DNA from: Candidatus Saccharimonadales bacterium
GTDB lineage: Bacteria > Patescibacteriota > Saccharimonadia > Saccharimonadales > UBA10212
Direction: 5' to 3'
DNA: 64,000 bases
Assembly (NCBI GenBank): GCA_035480715.1
Contig: DATIHL010000011.1
Span: 14,722 to 78,721, forward strand
This document shows positions 29,604-39,908 of the stretch, one piece after another. The position numbers and the translations under genes are program-made. Below the pieces are notes generated by a model, which was not told the origin of the DNA, did no database searches, and worked only from the letters and a program-made list of their open reading frames with translations. Positions within the stretch are counted from its first letter, which is position 1, and each line of letters begins with the position of its first letter.

Positions 29604-30007
29604 CCGCAGTCTTTTTAGTTATTGCGATCGTTTTCGGAATATTCGTTCTGGTAATTGTGAGTCGGCTGGGGCGGAAATTCGCGAGACCACTGAACCATAG
29701 ATATTATGAAGAGAAGTGGACAGAGGTACTGGCACGCGTAAAAACGCCCGAGGGCATGGTGTTGGCTGTCATTGATGCCGACAAGCTGCTGGACGACGCT
29801 CTAAGAAAACGCGGCTATAAAGGCAAAACTATGGGCGAACGTTTAGTGGCCGCTCAGCGTGATCTAAGCAGCAATGACAGCGTGTGGTATGCCCATAAGC
29901 TGCGTAACCGCTTGGTACACGAGCCGGACGTGCGCCTGCGCAAAAACGAAGCTAAGAATGCTCTGGCTGGTATCAGGCAGGGACTCAGGGACTTAGGGGC
30001 TTTATAA
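29600..30007 (+). CDS. Hypothetical membrane-anchored protein between gatA and gatB
   Basis: N-terminal TM; AVIDADKLLD…GKTMGERL…AHKLRNRLVHE; GTG start overlaps the gatA stop. Confidence 0.8.
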   Translation: MTAVFLVIAIVFGIFVLVIVSRLGRKFARPLNHRYYEEKWTEVLARVKTPEGMVLAVIDADKLLDDALRKRGYKGKTMGERLVAAQRDLSSNDSVWYAHKLRNRLVHEPDVRLRKNEAKNALAGIRQGLRDLGAL

Positions 30008-30008
30008 A

Positions 30009-31466
30009 ATGCCGATTAGTGAAGAAGTCAAAAGCAAATATACAGCGACGATTGGTATTGAATGCCACGTGCAGCTTAAAACTAAAACCAAGCTATTTTC
30101 AGCGGTCGGCAATGACGCTAGAAAGGCTGTACCCAACACATTAATTAGCCACATAGACGTTGCTATGCCCGGCGCACTACCAGTGTTAAACCGCGAAGCT
30201 ATAAATATGTGCGCTCGAGCAGCCTTTGCGTTAAATACACAGCCGCAAAAATTCAGTAAGTTTGAGCGCAAGCACTACTTTTACCCGGACTTGCCAAAGG
30301 GCTACCAGATTACCCAATACGAGGATCCAATTATCATCGGCGGCCAAGTTGAGATCATCATTTATGGTAAAACCAGACAAATTGGCATAGAAAGGGCCAA
30401 TCTTGAAGAAGATGCCGGCAAAAACACCCATCCTACAGGCACAGAGTACTCGCTTGTTGATTTAAACCGTGCCGGCACTCCACTTTTAGAAATTGTTAGT
30501 AAACCCGATATCCATAGTGCCGCCGAAGCCAAAGCCTTTGCCCGCGAACTTTATCTTTTAATGAAATATGCCAATGTTACCGATGGCGACCTATACCATG
30601 GCCATATGCGCTTTGATGTGAACACAAGCGTCAGTAAAGAAACGGGCAAACTTGGTACAAGGTCAGAGGTTAAAAATCTAAATAGCTTCCGTAGTGTTGA
30701 GGTGGCAATTGATTATGAAATTGATCGGCAAATCGAGCTTTTAGAAAAGGGTGAGAAGATAATTCAAGAGACTCGTGGGTGGGATGAGGCCAAGCAAAAA
30801 ACCACTTCGCAGAGGACTAAAGAAGAGGCTGAAGATTACCGCTACATGCCGGAACCAGATATCCCGCCGGTTGAATTATCGGATGAGTGGATGCATAAAA
30901 TAAAATCAGAAATGCCGCCTTTGCCAGCGGAGGTAAGACAAGATCTGCAAAAGCTCAATATCGACGATAAGGTTGTTGAAGATATCTTGGACAGATCACC
31001 ACTCATTGAACCAGTGCTTGACGTTTTGAGGTCTGCCGGCGCAGAGGATGCCAGGCGGGTGGCTTTCTGGCTGATTGCGGCTGAGCCAGCTGATGAGGAA
31101 ACAGCTGGTGAAATCGAGCCGTCCATTGACTCTGAGCGCTTAATTGCACTTTCGAAAATGGTTAACGGTGGAGAATTGAGTTCGACTGCCGCCAAAGCCG
31201 TTTTTGAGGAACTATTAAGCTCGACAGACGACCCACAAACGATTGCAACACGGCTCAATTTGCTTCAAGTTTCAGATGAAACTGAAATTGAGAAAATAGT
31301 TGCCGAGGTAATAACCGAAAATCCAAAAGTAGTCGCAGATATCAAAGCCGGCCAGGAAAAGGCTATTGGTTTTTTGGTCGGCCAAGTCATGGCTAAGTCG
31401 AAAGGTCAGGCCAACCCGCAGACTGCTCAAAGGATAATTAATCAGCAACTAACTAACTTTAAATAA
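30009..31466 (+). CDS. gatB: Asp/Glu-tRNA amidotransferase subunit B
   Basis: IGIECHVQL, YFYPDLPKGYQI, EEDAGK, DYRYMPEPD, C-terminal YqeY-like tail. Confidence 0.97.
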   Translation: MPISEEVKSKYTATIGIECHVQLKTKTKLFSAVGNDARKAVPNTLISHIDVAMPGALPVLNREAINMCARAAFALNTQPQKFSKFERKHYFYPDLPKGYQITQYEDPIIIGGQVEIIIYGKTRQIGIERANLEEDAGKNTHPTGTEYSLVDLNRAGTPLLEIVSKPDIHSAAEAKAFARELYLLMKYANVTDGDLYHGHMRFDVNTSVSKETGKLGTRSEVKNLNSFRSVEVAIDYEIDRQIELLEKGEKIIQETRGWDEAKQKTTSQRTKEEAEDYRYMPEPDIPPVELSDEWMHKIKSEMPPLPAEVRQDLQKLNIDDKVVEDILDRSPLIEPVLDVLRSAGAEDARRVAFWLIAAEPADEETAGEIEPSIDSERLIALSKMVNGGELSSTAAKAVFEELLSSTDDPQTIATRLNLLQVSDETEIEKIVAEVITENPKVVADIKAGQEKAIGFLVGQVMAKSKGQANPQTAQRIINQQLTNFK

Positions 31467-31532
31467 AAACCTCAGGTTGCATTGTAAGAAATTTTGTTGC
31501 GTGTTATTTAGTGGCCGGCGTATACTTGGCTT

Positions 31533-31763
31533 ATGGAAACAGCAGCAGAAATACTTTTAATTATCGTAAGCTCGGTCTTAGCCGTTTTTCTGATTCTACT
31601 CAGTATCGCGCTAATATTTTTCATCCGTTTTCTACGCCGGGCTGACCATGTCGCCAATTCAGTAGAATCGGCCGCCACAGCCGTTAGAAGAAGCGCTTCG
31701 GCTATGCCACTTATAAGACTAGTAACAAACATAATTTCGCGTAAGCGGGGAGGAAAGGTCTAA
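31533..31763 (+). CDS. Small membrane protein (possibly YoxC/DUF948-like)
   Basis: Single TM plus helix, directly upstream of a YtxH gene; TATACT 6 nt before the ATG. Confidence 0.7.
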   Translation: METAAEILLIIVSSVLAVFLILLSIALIFFIRFLRRADHVANSVESAATAVRRSASAMPLIRLVTNIISRKRGGKV

Positions 31764-31765
31764 TC

Positions 31766-32176
31766 ATGGCAAGAGACAACCACACAGGAAGAAAAATTGC
31801 AGTGGGGGCTCTTGTAGCTGGCGCCGCTGGCTACTTGGCTGGTATTTTGACGGCGCCAAAGAGCGGTAAAGAAACAAGAGGAGACATTGCCGATAAAGCA
31901 TCCGATGTTAAAGAGGATAGCATTGAGCAATTGCAAAATGCCCAGGCCGAGTTAGAAGAACTTATTCAAGACGCCAAAAATAAAACAATGGCTTTGAGCG
32001 CCAAGGCACGCGAGGAATTCGACGAAGCAGTCATTAAAGCTAAAGACGCCAAAAATAAAACTGGCACGTTGCTTAAAAGTGTCAAAGCCGGCGAAGCAGA
32101 CGATCCAGAACTAAACAAAGCTATTAAGCAAGCTAGGGCTGCCGCCAAAAATTTGGCCAAATATTTTAAATCCTAA
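31766..32176 (+). CDS. YtxH domain-containing protein
   Basis: GALVAGAAGYLAGILTAPKSGKETR signature followed by a coiled coil. Confidence 0.9.
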   Translation: MARDNHTGRKIAVGALVAGAAGYLAGILTAPKSGKETRGDIADKASDVKEDSIEQLQNAQAELEELIQDAKNKTMALSAKAREEFDEAVIKAKDAKNKTGTLLKSVKAGEADDPELNKAIKQARAAAKNLAKYFKS

Positions 32177-32193
32177 AACTATAAGCGTTGTAT

Positions 32194-32224
32194 AAAAGAG
32201 CCGCCCATTCCGGGCGGTTCTTTT
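32194..32224 (+). terminator. Rho-independent terminator (A/T tracts on both sides)
   Basis: AAAAGAGCCGCCC-ATTCC-GGGCGGTTCTTTT. Confidence 0.85.
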
Positions 32225-32320
32225 ATATATATCTTCACGCCAGGAAAACTCTATTTTTTAAAGATGGTTTTCTTGAGTTCGGCATATAATCTCATTAAAC
32301 ATTCGATTATAATTAAACTA

Positions 32321-35300
32321 ATGGCAAAGTCGGGGGCAAAACTGAAAGCAAGTGATTTCGTGCACTTGCATAACCACACGCAATACAGCCTGCTTGATGG
32401 ATTAACTAAGGTCCCAGCTCTTATGGAACAGATAAAGGAGCTTGGGATGCAAGCAGTTGCCATCACTGATCACGGCCTAATGAGTGGCGCCATCGAGTTT
32501 TATAAAGAAGCCAAAGAAGCTGGCATTAATCCAATTGTTGGCATGGAAGCTTATGTCGCTCCAAGAACACATAAGGATAAAGATCCGACTCATGATCGTA
32601 ACGCCTTTCACCTAACAATGCTTTCCATAAACGAAATTGGCTATAAAAACCTGATGAAGCTTTCGACCACTGCCAACCTAGATGGGTTTTATTACCGTCC
32701 AAGAATAGACCATAGCCTACTAGAAAAACACGCTGAAGGAGTTATTGTGCTTTCCGGTTGTATGCAGGGAGAAGTGGCTGATGCACTAAGGCAAGGACAA
32801 TATGATCAGGCTAAAAAAACTGCTCAATGGTATAAGCAAATTTTTGGCGATCGATATTATATAGAGCTCCAGGATCACGGCCACACTGATCATCCGAGCG
32901 TCTGGGATGACCAAAATAGAGTCAATGAGGAGCTTTTAAAACTAGCTAAGGAGCTTGGAATTCCGGCTGTGGTAACCTGCGACGCTCACTACTTGAGGCG
33001 AGAAGATCAAGAGGCGCATGAAGTATTACTTTGTGTTCAAACAGGATCGTTTCTGGAAGACACAGACAGGATGAGTCTGAAGGACTTTGAACTTCATGTG
33101 GCTGATCCCAAAGAAATTATAAAACGCTGGGGAACAAACCACCCAGAACTTATCACAAATACTAGAAAGATAGCAGAGCGGTGCAAGTTAGAGATTAATC
33201 TTGGCGAGATTCTAATTCCCAAATTTCCAATTCCAAAAGCCGAGACAGAAAAAAGTTTACTCCAAAAGTTCGTCTGGCAAGGACTCGCCTGGCGCTACGG
33301 TGGTCTAGCGCGTCCTAAAGCTACAGCATTAACGGCTGCAAAAGCTAAGAAAAGCTTGACTAGTCAAGTAATTGAGCGAGCTAGCTTTGAACTCGATGTG
33401 ATAGACTCGATGGGCTTCAATGCTTACTTTTTGATAATAGCCGACTTTATAAACTGGGGGAAAGATCGAGGGATTGTCTTTGGCCCTGGACGTGGTAGTG
33501 CGGCAGGCTCGTTGGTATCTTATGGGCTGAACATTACAGAACTCGATCCGCTGGAATATGATTTGCTATTTGAGCGGTTTCTTAATCCCGAACGCATCAG
33601 CATGCCAGATATAGATATCGATATCCAGGACTCGCGACGCGACGAAGTTATTAACTACTGCATAGAAAAATACGGTCGTGATCGGGTGGCTAATATTGTA
33701 ACTTTTGGCCGAATGGCGGCGCGCAACTCTGTGCGTGATGTTGCCAGGGTCTTACGCGTGCCGTACGCCGAAGCTGATAAGCTAGCCAAGATGATTCCGC
33801 CTCCCGTACAGGGTCGCCATACGCCTTTAGCGACTCACTTAAAACAAGTGCCCGAGCTAAGGCGTGAATATAACGACAACTCTCAAGCAAAACAAGTTTT
33901 TGATTTAGCCATGAAGTTGGAAGGCACGATTCGTAGCCACGGCGTACATGCCGCCGGGGTAGTTATAGCGCCCGACGAAATTGTTAATTTTGTACCGCTA
34001 GAGATGGCTCAAAAGGGTGTAACCGCTACTCAGTATTCAATGGGACCCATTGAAGATCTTGGTCTTCTTAAAATAGATTTTCTGGGGCTATCCAATCTAA
34101 CTATAATCAAAAATGCGCTTAGAATAATCAAAAAAGTCGACAGCAAAGAAATAGATATCAGCCAGGTGACTCTTGATGACAAAAAGACATTTGAATTATT
34201 CCAGAAAGGCGAAACAACTGGAGTTTTTCAGTTTGAATCGGCCGGGATGAAAAGATATCTAAAACAACTAAAGCCAACAGTGTTTGACGATTTAATTGCC
34301 ATGAACGCTCTTTATAGGCCTGGTCCGATGCAGTGGATCGATGATTTTATCGCTCGCAAACGTGGCTTCCGCAAAATTGAATATCTTCACGATGTTATGA
34401 GACCAGCTTTAGAAAATACCTACGGCATTATGGTTTATCAAGAACAGGTTATGCAAATAGCTAAGGATATGTGTGGCTTTACCGGCGGCCAAGCAGACAC
34501 TCTTCGAAAAGGCATTGCTAAGAAGATTCCATCAGTCCTAGCCAAAATGAAGAAAGAATTTATAGACGGAGGCGTAAAACACTCAAACACGGACCGCAAA
34601 AAAATGGAAAAACTCTGGACACAGTTAGAAGAGTTTGCCAATTATGCTTTCCCCAAAGCGCACTCGTCTTGTTATGCCACGATAGCTTATTGGACTGCTT
34701 ATCTTAAAGCCAATTATCCGGCGGCTTTCATGGCGGCACTTATGACCAGTGATTATGACAATATAGATCGACTAGCCATTGAAATTACTGAGTGCAAACA
34801 CATGGGTATAGAAGTGCTACCACCAGACATAAACGAGTCGTTCCACGAATTTGGTATTGTTCCGGGCAAGAATCAAATCCGTTTCGGACTTGATGCTATA
34901 AAAAATGTTGGCCATGGCGCAGCCGAAGAAATTATACAAGGCCGCGAAAAAGCCGGCGGTAGATTCAAGACAGTCGAGGACTTTTGCAAAAATGTCAACA
35001 TTCATACTGTCAACCGTAAGGCGCTTGAAAGTCTAATCAAATCCGGCGCTTTAGATGGGCTTGGTGATCGCAGTTTGCTGCTTAACAATATCGAAAATAT
35101 ATTAAGTTTGGCCGGGCGGCTACAGAAAGAGTCTTTGAGCGGACAGGTAGGTTTGTTTGGTGGCAGCACAGAAGATGTAACTGCTTCACTCAAAATGCGC
35201 TGGATGGAAGCAGCTGTATCGTATTCTCAAAGCGTCCAACTTTCTTGGGAGCGTGATTTGCTCGGACTCTATTTAAGCCAGCACCCGTTAGAGCAATACG

Positions 35301-35971
35301 AGGTGATCTTGGCAGAGCAGGCTACTGGAATTGGCAGCCTCACACAGGAAATGGATGGACGAATTGTTACGGTCGGTGGTTCAATAACAGCCGCACGCGA
35401 GATTACCACCAAAAGCGGCTCAAAAATGGCCTTTGTAAAAATTGCTGATATGAGCGCAGAAATCGAACTCATAATATTTCCAAAGCTTTACGAGAATAGC
35501 GGAGGTACATGGGGCAGGGATACGGTGATTCTGGCCAAAGGAAAGCTGGCAACCAGAGACAGACAGAGTAATTCTGCAACAGATGATTGGAAAGTTTTAG
35601 TCGAAGAGGCCAGAATTATTAATTCTGACGAGGCAGAAAATTACAAATCTGCAAATTCAGGAGATTTCGCGTCAAATAAGCCCCGCTCATCAGCCAAAAT
35701 TGCAGCCCAGAGAGTTTCCGCCGAACCGCATATAGATAAGATCCTGAAGCAGAGACTTTTTATAAGACTGTCTGATAGTGGTGATCAACCCCTGCTAATG
35801 AGTTTAAAAGAAAAACTCGATAATTTTAGTGGTGATACAGAAGTGGTTATCGTCACCGGCAATTCAGACACTAAACAGATCATTAAATTACCTCAAACAA
35901 TTAGTGTTAACGAAGAAAGTCTGCGCGCTATAGCCGCCATTTTTGGCTCTACAAACGTTGTCGTCCGTTAG
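32321..35971 (+). CDS. dnaE: DNA polymerase III subunit alpha
   Basis: HLHNHTQYSLLDG PHP domain, GRGSAAGS, PDIDID, HAAG, OB fold. Start moved to the ATG at 32321, 7 nt after TATAAT. Confidence 0.97.
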   Translation: MAKSGAKLKASDFVHLHNHTQYSLLDGLTKVPALMEQIKELGMQAVAITDHGLMSGAIEFYKEAKEAGINPIVGMEAYVAPRTHKDKDPTHDRNAFHLTMLSINEIGYKNLMKLSTTANLDGFYYRPRIDHSLLEKHAEGVIVLSGCMQGEVADALRQGQYDQAKKTAQWYKQIFGDRYYIELQDHGHTDHPSVWDDQNRVNEELLKLAKELGIPAVVTCDAHYLRREDQEAHEVLLCVQTGSFLEDTDRMSLKDFELHVADPKEIIKRWGTNHPELITNTRKIAERCKLEINLGEILIPKFPIPKAETEKSLLQKFVWQGLAWRYGGLARPKATALTAAKAKKSLTSQVIERASFELDVIDSMGFNAYFLIIADFINWGKDRGIVFGPGRGSAAGSLVSYGLNITELDPLEYDLLFERFLNPERISMPDIDIDIQDSRRDEVINYCIEKYGRDRVANIVTFGRMAARNSVRDVARVLRVPYAEADKLAKMIPPPVQGRHTPLATHLKQVPELRREYNDNSQAKQVFDLAMKLEGTIRSHGVHAAGVVIAPDEIVNFVPLEMAQKGVTATQYSMGPIEDLGLLKIDFLGLSNLTIIKNALRIIKKVDSKEIDISQVTLDDKKTFELFQKGETTGVFQFESAGMKRYLKQLKPTVFDDLIAMNALYRPGPMQWIDDFIARKRGFRKIEYLHDVMRPALENTYGIMVYQEQVMQIAKDMCGFTGGQADTLRKGIAKKIPSVLAKMKKEFIDGGVKHSNTDRKKMEKLWTQLEEFANYAFPKAHSSCYATIAYWTAYLKANYPAAFMAALMTSDYDNIDRLAIEITECKHMGIEVLPPDINESFHEFGIVPGKNQIRFGLDAIKNVGHGAAEEIIQGREKAGGRFKTVEDFCKNVNIHTVNRKALESLIKSGALDGLGDRSLLLNNIENILSLAGRLQKESLSGQVGLFGGSTEDVTASLKMRWMEAAVSYSQSVQLSWERDLLGLYLSQHPLEQYEVILAEQATGIGSLTQEMDGRIVTVGGSITAAREITTKSGSKMAFVKIADMSAEIELIIFPKLYENSGGTWGRDTVILAKGKLATRDRQSNSATDDWKVLVEEARIINSDEAENYKSANSGDFASNKPRSSAKIAAQRVSAEPHIDKILKQRLFIRLSDSGDQPLLMSLKEKLDNFSGDTEVVIVTGNSDTKQIIKLPQTISVNEESLRAIAAIFGSTNVVVR

Positions 35972-35977
35972 CTTTTG

Positions 35978-37036
35978 CTATTGAATCAGACCTGCTGTTT
36001 GGCTTAGCAAGAATGAAAGTGCAGCAATTACTAAAAGCCCGATATCCATTAGGGGGTGTCTTATAGCGAAAGCTTCGCCGTAAGCAAACGCCCGGCGCGC
36101 AGCCAAAGCGTGACGGCTTATCCATACCCCAATAGCTGTCAGAGCACCCAGTACAGCCAGACTGGTGGCAAAACTAGCTATAGGCAGACCGGCCAATACT
36201 AATTGTGCTCTGGATGACTTTGCAGAAAGAGTGTCAGATTTAATGGCCGATTGAGTTGTGGCCGGTGGAGTTTTGTTAACAGTTTTGGCTACAGGAGTAG
36301 GAGGAGGTGCTACAGGTGTTGGTTGCGGCGTAGGAGCCGGTGCCGGCGCAGGCGATTGGGCTGGCGGAGGAGTCGGAGTAGCCGTGGCCGCGGGAGCGGA
36401 AGAATGGGCCGCCAATACTTGCGGCTGGCCATAAAATGCCACAACTATGGTCATTGGACCACCACCAGCAGACGTGTAGTTTGGATTATTGGCAAATCCA
36501 AATCCAACATCCGAAAATGCCGGATCCAGCAAATTTTCACGGTGTGGCGGGCTAGCCATCCAGCCGTTGATGGTCGATTGTTCATCGTTAAAACCGGCGG
36601 CCAAATTCTCGCCCAGTTTTTGATAGGAGTACCCTTGTGCATTTACGAAGACCCACGGCGGATTGCCTTCGGGTGTATTGTGGCTCCAGTAATTACGCGT
36701 AGCCATATCGTTTGCTTTGGCCTGAGCGGCAGCGTCAAGCTTGTCATTGAGATTTAGGCCTGCCACACCGTTTTGTGATCTGGCCACGTTGGTGTCTGCT
36801 AATAGGCCACCAATGCTCATGCTGGTGGCATATGACAAAACTTTACCGTTCGGGTGACGGATAATTGCCGAAAGAGCTCCGGCCTGAGAACCAAACGTTA
36901 ACAAAACGCCAATGATTAGAACCACAGGTATGTAAGGCCAGTAGACTTTCCTGAAGGCTTTGTCGCTTATGCCCCTTGGCTTTGTGGGGTGACGATGGCG
37001 GGAACTTTTTCCAACCGTTTTTATTTTGGCGGTCAT
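35978..37036 (-). CDS. CAP/SCP domain membrane protein with Pro/Ala-rich linker
   Basis: AQAKANDM, YWSH, GENLA, WMASPPHRENLL; TM segments at both ends. Confidence 0.9.
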   Translation of the reverse strand: MTAKIKTVGKSSRHRHPTKPRGISDKAFRKVYWPYIPVVLIIGVLLTFGSQAGALSAIIRHPNGKVLSYATSMSIGGLLADTNVARSQNGVAGLNLNDKLDAAAQAKANDMATRNYWSHNTPEGNPPWVFVNAQGYSYQKLGENLAAGFNDEQSTINGWMASPPHRENLLDPAFSDVGFGFANNPNYTSAGGGPMTIVVAFYGQPQVLAAHSSAPAATATPTPPPAQSPAPAPAPTPQPTPVAPPPTPVAKTVNKTPPATTQSAIKSDTLSAKSSRAQLVLAGLPIASFATSLAVLGALTAIGVWISRHALAARRAFAYGEAFAIRHPLMDIGLLVIAALSFLLSQTAGLIQ

Positions 37037-37080
37037 CCAGCTTATGATTATACGTTCATTTAGAACTTTTGTCCAACAAT

Positions 37081-37584
37081 TTATGAGCGGTAGCGCAGAT
37101 GATAGAGCGCTACCGCAGTAGCCACCGACACGTTAAGAGAATCCTTAGCGCCGCTCATTGGTATTTCTAGAAATTCATCTGCCAGTTGCAATAAATCCTT
37201 CTGCACCCCGCCGATTTCGCTGCCCACTATTAGGGTTATGTCTGAGTCAGATTTAAATTTTGGTAGGCTGATCGATTTATCTGTCTGCTCGAGCGCGAAG
37301 ACCTTAAAATTATCGGCCTTAAGCTTCTTCAATAGCTCAAAAACGTCCGCCTTGTATTGCCATTTGATAAACTTTTCAGCACCCAGAGACGTCTTAACTA
37401 TCTGTGCTTCGGCTCTTTTAGCGACGTGTGGCAGCCTTTTGTCACCAGCCATAGATGGGTAAGGACTGTAACCGGTCAGATAGACCATATCCACCCCAAA
37501 ACCATCAGCGCTACGCAAAATCGAGCCGATATTATGCGCCGAGCGGATATTATGCACTACCAAAACCAAACGCTTGTTTCTCAT
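37081..37584 (-). CDS. TrmH/SpoU family RNA methyltransferase
   Basis: HNIRSAHNIGSILRSAD, GSEIGG, IPMSG-KDSLNVSVA. Start placed at MRNKR (TATAGT 6 nt upstream); the ORF track start is 37626. Confidence 0.9.
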   Translation of the reverse strand: MRNKRLVLVVHNIRSAHNIGSILRSADGFGVDMVYLTGYSPYPSMAGDKRLPHVAKRAEAQIVKTSLGAEKFIKWQYKADVFELLKKLKADNFKVFALEQTDKSISLPKFKSDSDITLIVGSEIGGVQKDLLQLADEFLEIPMSGAKDSLNVSVATAVALYHLRYRS

Positions 37585-37645
37585 ACGCTCACTATAGCGT
37601 ATTAACCTCGCGCTGATATCGCTCATGCTTTATACTTAACCCTAT

Positions 37646-39244
37646 ATGTCTCAAGATGTGCGTCGGGATGAAGAGAAGATTACTCAGCGGCGAGCTCAAG
37701 TTTTGGGCTTTACATACGTTGATACCAGCCAGCTACAAAAACAGTTGTACCGAACCATACTGACAGTTCCTGAACTTTACAGCATGCGGACAGTACCTTT
37801 GATAGCAGATGAGCACAATATTCATTTTGGTATTACAACCACTACACCGCAGCAGGTAGTCAACCAACTCAAAGCCCGCTTTACAGACCAGATTTTGTCA
37901 TTTTCTATTATTTCCGACAGTGGCTACCGTGAATACATGGTGCTTTATGATCCGCCTAAAAAGATTGAATATCACGATATAACCCTGGCTGAAACGCAGA
38001 GTCAAAGCATTGTTGATAGCGTCAGTAAAACGCTTGATGAAGTCAAGTCAGATGATATGTTAGCTTATCTTGTGCAGCAATCGTATAAGCTAAACGCCAG
38101 CGATATTCATATCGAAAATCAGCGCGATAATGTACGTATACGATTTAGGATAGACGGAGTCCTTCACCCGATGGCGTACCTCAGCCACGAGAAATATAAG
38201 CATCTAGCTTCTTCCATTGCTTCTGCAGCTAATGTTTCGACAGGCGAGCAGAAAGCTCAAGCTGGGCATATCAGTCGCCCCTATAAATTGGCAACGGGCG
38301 AAGAAGTAATGCTAAATCTGCGTGTCGAAACAGTGCCCACGCTCTATGGCATGGATGTGGTAATGCGACTTTTCAATATGAAATTGGAAGATTTCAAGCT
38401 GGATAAACTTGATCTTAGCGCAAAGGAACTCGAAGTTGTAGAAGATATCATTAAGCACCCTAATGGCATGGTGCTGATTGTCGGCCCTACCGGTTCCGGT
38501 AAAACAACTACGCTTTATTCGATAATTACCACCCTAAACTCACCAGAGCGGAAAATCATCACGCTTGAAGACCCGGTGGAATATCCGCTTCCCGGCATAA
38601 TGCAAATTCCAGTTGCCGGCCAGATGGAAGGCCACGATTTTGCCGAAGGTCTTAGGGCCATACTCAGACTAGACCCGGACGTAGTGATGGTGGGCGAGAT
38701 CCGTGATTTGGACACGGCCAAGACGGCGCTGCAAGGTGCGCTTACCGGTCATTTGGTGCTCAGTACCTACCACGCCAACAACGCTGGCGCCGCGCTAGCG
38801 CGCATGATGGACGCTATCGGTGTCAATCCAATATTTGCCAGTGCTATGCGCTTAATTATGGCTCAGCGGCTAGTCCGTCGGCTAGACGACAAAACTAAGG
38901 TCGCCTACAAGCCGGACCAATCGTTAAAAGATCGACTGCAGAAGGTTGTAGATACATTCCCGCCGGGAATAGAAAAGCCCAATCTTAACGAAGTTACTCT
39001 TTATAAGGCCGGCAGCTCAGCCGACAATCCATTTGGCTATGTGGCCCAGCTGCCAGTCCGAGAACAGATGTTAATGACATCTGGTGTGCAGGAGCTACTA
39101 AAGCTTCCGTCCAATCAAGTCACGGCCGAGATGTTAGAAAACAAAGCTATCGAAGAAGGCATGCGCACCATGCTCCAGGATGGACTTCTTAAGGCTATTG
39201 CAGGCCTAACCACAATCGAAGATGTCTACCGTGTAGTGGGTTGA
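37646..39244 (+). CDS. GspE/PilB family type IV pilus/secretion ATPase
   Basis: ASDIHIE, RFRIDG, GPTGSGKTTT, TLEDPVEY, DPDVVMVGEIRD, TGHLVLSTYH. Confidence 0.93.
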   Translation: MSQDVRRDEEKITQRRAQVLGFTYVDTSQLQKQLYRTILTVPELYSMRTVPLIADEHNIHFGITTTTPQQVVNQLKARFTDQILSFSIISDSGYREYMVLYDPPKKIEYHDITLAETQSQSIVDSVSKTLDEVKSDDMLAYLVQQSYKLNASDIHIENQRDNVRIRFRIDGVLHPMAYLSHEKYKHLASSIASAANVSTGEQKAQAGHISRPYKLATGEEVMLNLRVETVPTLYGMDVVMRLFNMKLEDFKLDKLDLSAKELEVVEDIIKHPNGMVLIVGPTGSGKTTTLYSIITTLNSPERKIITLEDPVEYPLPGIMQIPVAGQMEGHDFAEGLRAILRLDPDVVMVGEIRDLDTAKTALQGALTGHLVLSTYHANNAGAALARMMDAIGVNPIFASAMRLIMAQRLVRRLDDKTKVAYKPDQSLKDRLQKVVDTFPPGIEKPNLNEVTLYKAGSSADNPFGYVAQLPVREQMLMTSGVQELLKLPSNQVTAEMLENKAIEEGMRTMLQDGLLKAIAGLTTIEDVYRVVG

Positions 39245-39280
39245 TTCACAGGTGTTTTTAAGGTAAAATGCTCAAGACTT

Positions 39281-39871
39281 ATGGAAAGTGTGATTCAAAA
39301 GGTCGAGGCTAAATATAAGAAAAAGGCCGTTGTTGATATTAAAAGCGGCGATACTGTTAAAGTCCACCAAAAAATCCGTGAGGGCGGCAAAGAGCGCATT
39401 CAGATTTTCGAGGGACTCGTTATTAAGACAAGCCGCAAAAATAGCCACACCAGCAGCTTCACTGTCCGGCGGATTGCTAGCGGTATTGGCGTAGAAAAGA
39501 CCTATTTTATTCACTCACCTAATATTTTAAAGGTCGAGGTTACTAAACGAGCCAAAGTGCGCCGCAACTATCTGACATACATGCGTCAATTAACTGGTAA
39601 GAATGCCAGGTTGATGGGTGTTGATTTTGACCGCGACAAAGTCAACGTCATACACGACGAAGAGGCCGAGGCCGAAGAAGCTAAAATCCACGAAGAACAA
39701 CTTGAAAGCTACGACCCAGAAGCCGCCAAAAAAGAAAAAGAGGCTGAAAAGGCTGAAGCCGACGCGGCTTCAGCCGAAGCACCAAAATCCGAGGCCGAGA
39801 AATTAGAAGAGAAACCAAAAGAAAAAGCCGCAGCAGCTGGCCCAGCCCAAGAACAAAACAAAGAAAAATAA
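39281..39871 (+). CDS. rplS: 50S ribosomal protein L19 with acidic C-terminal extension
   Basis: GDTVKVH, ERIQIFEG, FTVRRIASGIGVEK, KVRRNYL, then ~80 aa E/K/A-rich tail. Confidence 0.96.
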   Translation: MESVIQKVEAKYKKKAVVDIKSGDTVKVHQKIREGGKERIQIFEGLVIKTSRKNSHTSSFTVRRIASGIGVEKTYFIHSPNILKVEVTKRAKVRRNYLTYMRQLTGKNARLMGVDFDRDKVNVIHDEEAEAEEAKIHEEQLESYDPEAAKKEKEAEKAEADAASAEAPKSEAEKLEEKPKEKAAAAGPAQEQNKEK

Positions 39872-39908
39872 ACTAGACCCTATTTCCTAAACCTTATACC
39901 CTAATAAT

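Noticed and set aside
32227-32241. TATATCTTCACGCC resembling the terminal repeat of the 46472 element
   Set aside because: Only a short match with no partner repeat or internal structure; it could be chance.
32264-32320. Longer dnaE N-terminus, and a possible intein in dnaE
   Set aside because: The ATG at 32321 fits the local -10 pattern. The length (~1216 aa) is normal and I saw no intein motifs.
36270-36410. Repeat-like GC-rich tract in the CAP gene
   Set aside because: Explained by a Pro/Ala/Thr-rich linker; it is not a DNA repeat element.
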